Part shown: positions 12,701-21,700 of the stretch, in pieces
Layout: each line of letters opens with the position of its first letter
How positions within the stretch are numbered: the stretch's first letter is position 1
From: Macrostomum lignano
Taxonomy: Eukaryota
Length of the DNA stretch: 30,380 nt
Assembly: GCA_002269645.1 (NCBI GenBank)
Contig: NIVC01000179.1
Span: forward strand, 176,306 to 206,685
Direction: 5' to 3'
Notes under the pieces: model-generated
What the model saw: the letters and a program-made list of their open reading frames with translations, nothing else
Told to the model about the DNA's origin: nothing
The model's database searches: none
Position numbers and translations under genes: made by a program

Positions 12701-15700
12701 AAAGTCTATCCAGTAGTGAATAAGGGCGGCCAAAGGGCCATGGCCCCATCTTCCAGTTGCAAGACATTGCCTTTACTTTTTGCCTTGAAACTACGAGTAC
12801 TTTATTTTGCTCTACGAATATACAAACAATGGGGCTTTAGATGGCAAAAGCTTTGCCTTTTCAAAACACTATTTTCCAAAAAGGCTCTGCCTTTTCTGTA
12901 TCCGCCTCAGGTTCAGGCTGTTTATCAGGATTTTTCTGTCATCTACAATTATTGTACTTCCATGTTGCAGCGTTAATTGCGCGGGACAACTTTTTACGTG
13001 GAATTTTTCTTTAATATTTCACTACTGGAATATTGAAGCAAATCTATTTAGGCCAAATTCTTGAAATAAAAAAATAATGTGATTGTACTTACTCTACTTC
13101 GTTCGTTGTGCTATAAATTATCAATATCACGCTGTGCTAAATGTTTTTCTTAACTTTTTTACTACGGCAACCAAATATCTGGCACAAAATGTTGAGGCTA
13201 GCTGCCAATAAAGCCAATATTGTGGTGTAGCCCGTAAACTCAATATTATAAGCATGACGCATACAACCCGCGCATACAACTCAGACTGCCGCTCCATGCC
13301 GAGTCGCTGCCCCGGCTACTTTGACCGAAGGCTGAACATTTTTCCTGGCCGAACGAGCACATCCTACAGTGAATACATTCGTTATACTACATGGTCGAGT
13401 GAAGAAACCGTGTTAAACTACTTCACAACCAACACTGGCTGCTTTGCTTTGGTCAATGGAGACAGTCACATGCGCTGTTTTCGAGATTGGCAGTTCAATG
13501 AGTTCAATACGGCGTACTACAGATATGACCAAAGAACCGACGCCCTGATGTGGATCTGCTGCGACTCCACCTTCTCAAACACAACTGCTTCCGGCCAATA
13601 CTGTATGGTGGACAATATTCAAGCTCTGTCATTTGCTGGCAAGTACTGGACAATTCAAGAAAACGGAGGAGTGTGTCCGAAGTGGACTCAGCGGATCGGC
13701 TCTCTGTTTCACGAGGATTTAGTTGAAGGCAGCCTTTACGATGCAGAGAACTATTGCAGAATGCCGACCTCAAACTATAAAAACGATTGCCCAAACAGCG
13801 GAACTGGATACAGCCAATGCAACTACTACTTCTGCGATGAGAGTGAGTACTATAAGTTGCTTGTAATGCAAAAGAATGAGCTTTATTGCTTTAAGTGTGC
13901 ATTTTAAAACTAATAATTACACCCCTCGATCAAAAGTCTGCAATACTGAACATAAATTGTACGAGTCGTATAACTGTGAGAAATATCTCACACTGAGATG
14001 AATATTTACTTCCAGACGATCCGAGACCGACCCTGGGCTCGTGGAGAGCGGGTTCAGCCGATCTGGACGAATGGCTGCAGTTGTCGTTTTCGAGGCGAGT
14101 GAGAGCTGAGAGCATCACAATTGGCTCAACTCACTGCTACCACAGCAGTGCTGTGCATGAGCTCATTCAGCGCTATGTGCTTGAGTACTCGGATGACAGT
14201 CTGTACTGGTACAGATATACAATGCCCATGTACCACTATCGGGTGAGCTGGATTTACTGGTAGAAATCTCTGTTGTTACTTTATTACATTTATTATATGG
14301 GTCCAGCTGCGCCTTTCAAAAAGGATTCGATAATGAAAAAATTACGCAGTATTTTCTATCTATAAAAAAGTTTTTCAATGGAATTTTCTTCGTGGGGTTC
14401 GTGGAAATCTGGGGGGATGCTTGCTGTCTAAGGTTACTTGCTATAGGGGGATGCTTACTATCGGGGGATGCTTGCTAACGGGGGATGCTTGCTATCGGGG
14501 GATGCTTGCTAACGGGGGATGCTTGCTATCGGGGGATGCTTGCTATCTGGAGGGGGGTGCTTTCTATCTGGAGGGTGCTTGCTATCTGATGCGCTTGCTA
14601 TTTGGGTGGGGGTATGTGTTAGCACTGTGATGAACTTTTATTTATTAGAGAATGTACTTTGCTTAGTAGCCGTCAACGGCTGAGAATTCTATTGATGTCT
14701 ATGGACATTTGTACAGTTCAATTCGGTGGCTTAAAGAGTTGCCAAAATATAATTGAAAAGACCAAGCGTCTGCAGAGTTAAGCTAAAGGCTGAGACTCGA
14801 TCAATTTTCTTACTCGTCCCAAAAAACGAACACTGGCGACGACGGCTGGTCTTATCGAGCCTCTGGAGACAGAAGCCCCAGCGGAAATTGAGCGCTGGTT
14901 CCAACGCTTCGAAGCTGTTTCCAAGCTGAACAAGTGGGATGACACCGCTCAGAAGTTCGCCCTCATCGCACACCTCGGCAAGAAGGCCTTCGCACTGTTG
15001 GCGGATGCGCTATTGCCAGATAAGCCTGACGCCAAGACCTACGCTGATCTGAAAACTCAGCTGATCAAGGAGACGAAAGCGGCGAAATCCGAGATTGCAT
15101 ACCGGTACGCGTTCCATCACCTCAAGCAGGACGACGGCGAAGACGTTTCTGCCTACGCAAGAAGGCTGCGACTGGGTTCGGAGAACTGCGGCTTTTCAAC
15201 CGCCGAACTGAATGACCGCCTGCGGGACCAATTTATCTTCGGATTGTCGAACAAGGAGATCGTCAGAAAGTTGCTCACGGAGAAACTGAAAGATCTGACG
15301 TGGGAAAAAGTAACTACGGTGGCCAATGCATGCGAGGCCGTAAGTCGCGGCGAGAGACAAATCTCAGGAGGCGAAATTCTACATGTCAAGTCAGATCCTC
15401 CTTCGACATCGAAAGCCCAGAAGCCAGCGTACCAGAAAAGCGACCAAAAGAACGGCCAATTGCGCCAAGTCAAGTGCTTCTGCTGCGGCAAGGAAGGACA
15501 TACAAAGGACCAGTGCCACCACCGGACTAAGACATGCCTTCAGTGTGGTAAGGTTGGTCATCTCAAAGCAGTTTGCAGGTGCGGACCTAACAAAGGTGGA
15601 CAACGGCCTTCAACGAGCAACAAATGGTCACAAGGAGGCGGATGGCATCCAAGGAGCAGAGTCAGAGCAATCGACGATGCAGCTGATCAAGTCGGGCACA

Positions 15701-18700
15701 TTTTCTCGACGATGACGCCGGAAGATGGTCGTGGAAGCAGAAGGATAACGCGACATGTAGTAGTCAATGGTACGAAAATCAAGGTGCTACTGGACACCGG
15801 GTCGTGCTCAACGTTCGTGTCAAGCTCGGTGTTTCAAAGCCTACTCGAACCAGCAAATGTAAGGCCCACAAGCAGACGATTCGCTGCGTATCAAGGGGAT
15901 CCAGTGCTAGTGAAAGGCGAAGCTATTGTGAACGCCAAGCTAAACTCAGTAAGTTCCGACCTAACTCTGTTTGTGGTGGACAACCCAAAAGCCGAATCTA
16001 TCTATGGCCTAGATTGGATTGCTGCCCTTGAGCCAGACCTCTACATTTTTATTACAAAATGTACGGTGCCTGAGGAAGACGGCTCGAATCCTACAACGGC
16101 GTGCTCTGTAAAAAGATTTTCTGTATCATTGGCCATTGAGGCGAGAGCAAAGCCCATCTTTTTTAAACCTCGGCAAATTCCATACGGGATTCAGGACGAT
16201 GTCAAGGCCGAGTTGAAGAGAATGGAAGAGGCTGGACAGCTCCAGAAGGTGGAATCCAGCGAGTGGGCTACACCCATTGTCTGTGTTCGAAAGCAGTCTG
16301 GAAAGGTTCGGATTTGTGGTGACTACAAGGTTACCCTCAACCCACTGCTGAAAGACATGGTGTCAACAACGCCCACAATTGACGAAGTTCTGTCAAAACT
16401 AGGCCGTGCCCGCCGATTCTCTACGTTGGACCTATCAAATGCGTACCTCCAAGTACCGGTGGATGAAGACAGCAGCGTGATGCTGACGTGGAGCACTCCG
16501 TTCGGCTTATACAGGCCCACTGCATTGGCATATGGAGTAAAGCAAGCACCAGCAATTTTTCAGTCATTCATGGACAGGTTGCTTCTAAACATAGAAGGTG
16601 TCATTTCCTACCAAGATGACATTCTTGTGTGGGGTTTCAACCAACAGAGTCATGACAACAGACTGTCCAATGTGCTTCGAATTTTAAAGGAGAGTGGACT
16701 GAGCATTAACGAGGAGAAATGCACTTTTAACAAGCCATCTATCATGTTCCTGGGATATGAGATCAGTGAAAACGGCATTCGTCCACCACCAAAGAAAGCC
16801 AAGGAGATTGCAGGATTAGAAGAGCCAAAGAATCTCAAGCAGCTGCAGTCATTTATCGGGATGGTCGATTTCTACGGACGGTGTATCAAGAATCTCGCGA
16901 GCCTGAAAGAACCTCTAACGAAACTGACCAGGTCAGGAACGAAGTGGGCATGGGGCCCAATCGAGCAGAGAGCCTTTCAGAGCATCAAGGACGAACTACA
17001 CAATGCAGTCGCTCTCAAGCCTTTTGATCCATCAGATAAGATCGTTCTCACTACTGACGCGTCACCATCGGGACTTGGTGCAGTCCTCGAGCAGTCGTCT
17101 GGGCCCGTAATATTCATTTCAAAGACTCTAACTCAAGCAGAGCGCAACTATGCTCAAATTGAACGCGAGGCCCTCGCCATTGTATGGGCTATGAAGCGCT
17201 TACACAAGTATTTGCTGGGACACAAGTTCGTCATTCACACAGACCACCAACCGTTAAAGTTCATCTTTGATCCTGGCAGATCCTTGTCAACTGTTGCTGC
17301 AGCGAGAGTGCAACGCTAGGCAATCACTTTGATGAGCTACGAATACGCCATTGAGTGCAAGAGATCTGCTGAGATTCCCGTGGCCGATGCCCTGTCAAGA
17401 CTGCAGAACAGCACGTCTGAAGGGGAGCAGTTTGACATTAGCTCAGTGCAGGACTGCCTACTAGATTTTCCAATCAACAAGGAGCGTTTGAGAAGACAAT
17501 CGAAAGAGGATTCAGAGCTCCGGAAGTTATTCGCTCTAGTCAAGTTTGGCTGGAATGCAGAAGGACTTCGAGAACTACAACAGTTTAGCCGATTCAGGGA
17601 CGAGTTAGTCATTGAGACTGTTGTACAGAGGTATTCGGCTGGTTGTACCAAAGCAGGAGCGTTCTGCAACTTTGCGATTGCTGCACGAAGGACACATCGG
17701 ACCAGAAAAGATGAAATCCATAGCTAGACAATGCGTCTGGTGGCCTGAAGTAGATCGAGACATCGAAAAGTATGCGAAAGGATGTAGTTCGTGCCAGGAA
17801 AACAAGGATCATGGGGCCACCCGACAATGGACTTCGTGGCCGGATGAGACCGAATGCTGGTCAAGAGTTCACATGGACTACGCAGGGCCTATGAAGGGAG
17901 GAAACTACATGTTGGTACTGATTGATGCGTTCAGTAAATGGGCTGAAGTTCACGTGACTAAGGGAACCACTTCATCTGAGACAATCAAGCGACTGCGAAG
18001 AACGTTCGCCCAAGAAGGCGTGCCCGTGACTATTGTTTCCGACAATGGACCTCAATTTGTATCGAAAGAAATGCAAGGTTGGTTAAAAGGAATCAACTGC
18101 CGACATGTTCTCACACCACCGTATCATCCAAGGTCAAATGGACTGGCCGAGCGCTTTGTGAGAGATTTAAAAAATCACGTCCGAGCCGCTGAAGAAGACG
18201 ACCTTCAGAGTTGCGTCGACCGGTTTCTGCTTCAATACCGGAACGCGAAACATTCTACGACCGGAAAATCGCCCTCTGAGCTGATGAGAGGTCACCTACT
18301 TCGCACCCCTGCATTTTCTCTGGCACGTGAGCCAGTCTGGGTGAAAACCTACAACAACGAGATGACAAAGTGGAAGTCTGGCGAAGTGGTGGCAACAGAG
18401 GGAAAGGTTGTGGTCGACGTTGAGCTGGAGGACGGAAGGCGTGGACGCTACCATCGTGAACAGACAAAGCCAAGGAGTTCCGGTTCCGATGACCTGGTGG
18501 AGACGGAGACTGAAGAACATGTGCACACGGATCAAGAGTCTGGTCTTCGGAGAAGTAATCGCCATCGGCAAGTACCAAGGCGACTTGAGTACCGCAAGCT
18601 TGGTGTACCTACCTAGCTGTTAACTAATGGGAAGGAGTGATAGCACTGTGATGAACTTTTATTTATTAGAGAATGTACTTTGCTTAGTAGCCGTCAACGG

Positions 18701-21700
18701 CTGAGAATTCTATTGATGTCTATGGACATTTGTACAGTTCAATTCGGTGGCTTAAAGAGTTGCCAAAATATAATTGAAAAGACCAAGCGTCTGCAGAGTT
18801 AAGCTAAAGGCTGAGACTCGATCAATTTTCTTACTCGTCCCAAAAAACGAACAGTATGCTTGTTTTCTATTTAGGAGAATGCCTCTATATCTGTGAAGGC
18901 TTTATTTTATTGTGTCCTTTTTGTTAATTCCGAAAAAAAGAGACTCATAGCAGACATCTTTGTTCACGACAATTTTACTCAAGAAAGGTTGTTTATAAAA
19001 CTGAAGAAATACTTAGTTATTTAAGAAAATTTGCCTTTTTAATGGATTTGCATAAATAATTTTTGCTCCTTGCTTATTGAAAGGCGGCACTAGATTGCTA
19101 GTCTTTGTTCTTAAATACTACGAGCGTATATTGCTAGATATTACTTAGATAGATATTAGATATTAGGTATTAGATATTAGATATTAGATTTCAGATATTA
19201 GATGTCAGATATTAGATATTAGATATTAGATATTACGAGCTAGATATTAGATATTGCTATATTGCTTATAGCGATCTTATATTGCTAGACTGCGTTCTTA
19301 TATACAGCATCCGCGTTTTTGTATGTACTCAAGAGTCTGCGGAATCAAATCCTCCTAAAAGAATTATTATTGTTATTAGCCTGCAGTATCTGCGCAAATG
19401 CGTAAAAATAAGCTGTTAGTGTTCAACCTCAACATAGAGTTACCGATCGCTAAAATGCGAATTAAAATAATTTAGTTGACGCGAAATCACTCAGATTCTG
19501 TACTTGTACAATGAACTTGTACTCGATTTCTCACCAGACGCTGTTCGGTCCCTACAACTCGCCGGACACCTGTGGCTCATCAACCGAGCGCCTCATTCCG
19601 TCAGTGGAGGCTGCATTCCTGCGAATTTACTCCCTGGCCAACACAGGTCGCACAGCAGGAAAGCTGGAAGTTTTTGGCTGCGTCGTGGAGCCCTACGCCC
19701 TCATACTGCCAGAAATCTACTATCATCCTTACCAAGTGTCCACCACCAAGATCGGAAACAGATTCAATGCTGACCACGTGGTCACTTCGATCAATCTAAA
19801 TTGGGGCACTGATGTCAGCTACGACGGAGTCTACTATCGACCCGGATTTCGAATTCATTCAAAAGTGTCCTATCTTATAGTGACCTTCGAGATTCCACAG
19901 CGAGTGTTTGCTGTGGTGACTGCAGGAGGCAGCTCTCATTACGTCGTTTCATACGAGCTGTTCTATGGCGAAACAGACGAAGCTCCAATGCAGGCCGTCA
20001 ACAGCTCTCAAACGGGAAATACCACATTTCTCGGAAACCAGGAGGACAAACAGTGGATTCGACAAGATCTTCAGGCTCCCGTTGTTGCAAAGTACATGGT
20101 GTTCAAGCCACAGCAAGTCAACTCGCTATGCATATTCAGACTGGGTTTCCTCGGATTTCCAGAAGGTAAGGCTTATTACGCAGAGAAAGTTCATCATCTC
20201 ATGTGACTTGCAATTACTGAATTATTGTTTCAGAGTGCCCTGTCATAAACCATGCGAGAATGACGGAGAGTGGCGTCACTCTAACAAGTCAAGCCAAAGT
20301 AACAAGCGGACCGAAATCCGAGTATCGCTTCGTTCTCGACAATGTTCACCACTTGTCGAACGTGAGCCTCTCTCCGACGGGTTGCTCAGCAAACCAAACT
20401 TTGCAGTTTGAGTTCCTCGACTTCAACAACAGCGTTGTTGCGTCCTACGTACGTTTTCTCTCTGTTTGTCATGTTCACAAAAAGTAGCAACCTAAATATA
20501 CACGAGACTTTACTGAAGTACTGAATAAATTTTAGAATAAGACGGTTTTGGCCACCAACTCGGACATTTGGCTGAATCGCACAGTCACGGCAGCACAGAT
20601 TGTTGTTAAGAAAGTTAACGGAGACTTCTGTTCAGCAGTTGGTCTTAGCTTTTACGGTCGTGAAGCTGATGGTAAGTTCAGCAAAGAAATTTTGAGTGGC
20701 GTACGACATAGATTCGCAGTTTCTGTTTAGTTTGCAGATCGAGAGCTCATTTTTACATTCGTTCTAATGCAGAATGTCCTCGGAACTTTTACTACTACAA
20801 CGGGCGCTGCGTGCACTACTACACGGACTACGAGGCCTCCGTGCACAGAGAAATCGCACGCCAATATTGTGCGAACATGACCTGGGCCAGCACAGGGCAC
20901 CTCTTTGTGCCAAGGAGCTTCTATGACAACACGGTGATTAGAATCGGTTACGCTGATCTCATGCAGTAAGTGCGCATATATATGTATGTAAAAAAATATT
21001 GCACGAATTAATACCATTCTGTCGTCCCCGAAACTAAAATTTAAAATCAGTCATGTTTCATGTTATTGTGCATGCCGTTTTGTTTTCGTAATTTTGTAAT
21101 CCATATATTCTAATGATATTCATCTAGCTAGCGTGCTAGGAAGAAAACGCATTTATGTGTAAACGGGCATGTAATAAGAACCGCTTTAGATATCTTTCTA
21201 ATGGTAATAATAATAGTAACAGTCAGTAGAATGAGTAGAAAATGTCAATAGAACTTTTTAACGGAATCATACTTGAAAATGAAACTTCAAGGTCCCGTGG
21301 TTCAGGAAGCAGTTTTGCTGCCAACAGCTACCGAGTTCACATCGGTGTAATCAGAAACGCCAGTGGAGTTTGGGTGCTTGGGCACACTAACCAGCCTCCC
21401 GTGTGGAAGAACTGGCGCTACGACGAACCTGCTGCAGCAGACACTTGCGCGTACTCAACCCTGTTAACCGAAAACTGGAAATCGAGCACTTCATGCACGA
21501 GCTCTTTCGTTGTGTGCGAGGTTGAGGCTGGTGAGACTCGGATGTTCCTTTAATTGCTTAATGCCTGGTATCCATGCGCTAGTAGCGTTTAATATCGAAA
21601 TGCAATTAATGCATTCCAGCCAAGAAAGCGAGTCGTCAATGCGACAACATGCTGTACAATGTGTACTTCGATTCGAAGACCACAGTACTGAGTCAGGCCG

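Larger units (their letters stand above)
14617..18853 (+). mobile_element. Ty3/gypsy LTR retrotransposon (Mag-like), full length 4,237 bp, intronic, sense orientation
   Basis: TG..CA LTRs, 5-bp TSD GTATG (14612-14616 and 18854-18858), PBS, PPT, and gag-PR-RT-RH-IN order with integrase last. Single-frame gag-pol and two CCHC knuckles suggest the Mag clade (inference). Confidence 0.97.

Noticed and set aside
14411-14616. 17-bp array as a CRISPR or as the ORF 14421-14630
   Set aside because: Head-to-tail units with no unique spacers in a eukaryotic intron; the ORF is just the translated repeat.
17317-17319. Programmed stop-codon readthrough in pol
   Set aside because: The TAG occupies the conserved Trp of the RNase H end motif (RxQRW) rather than a gag/pol or pol/env boundary; a single G>A change explains it.
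18240-18637. env gene or chromodomain in the retrotransposon
   Set aside because: Integrase ends at 18616 with an RRSxRxR-type tail, and only 21 nt remain before the 3' LTR.
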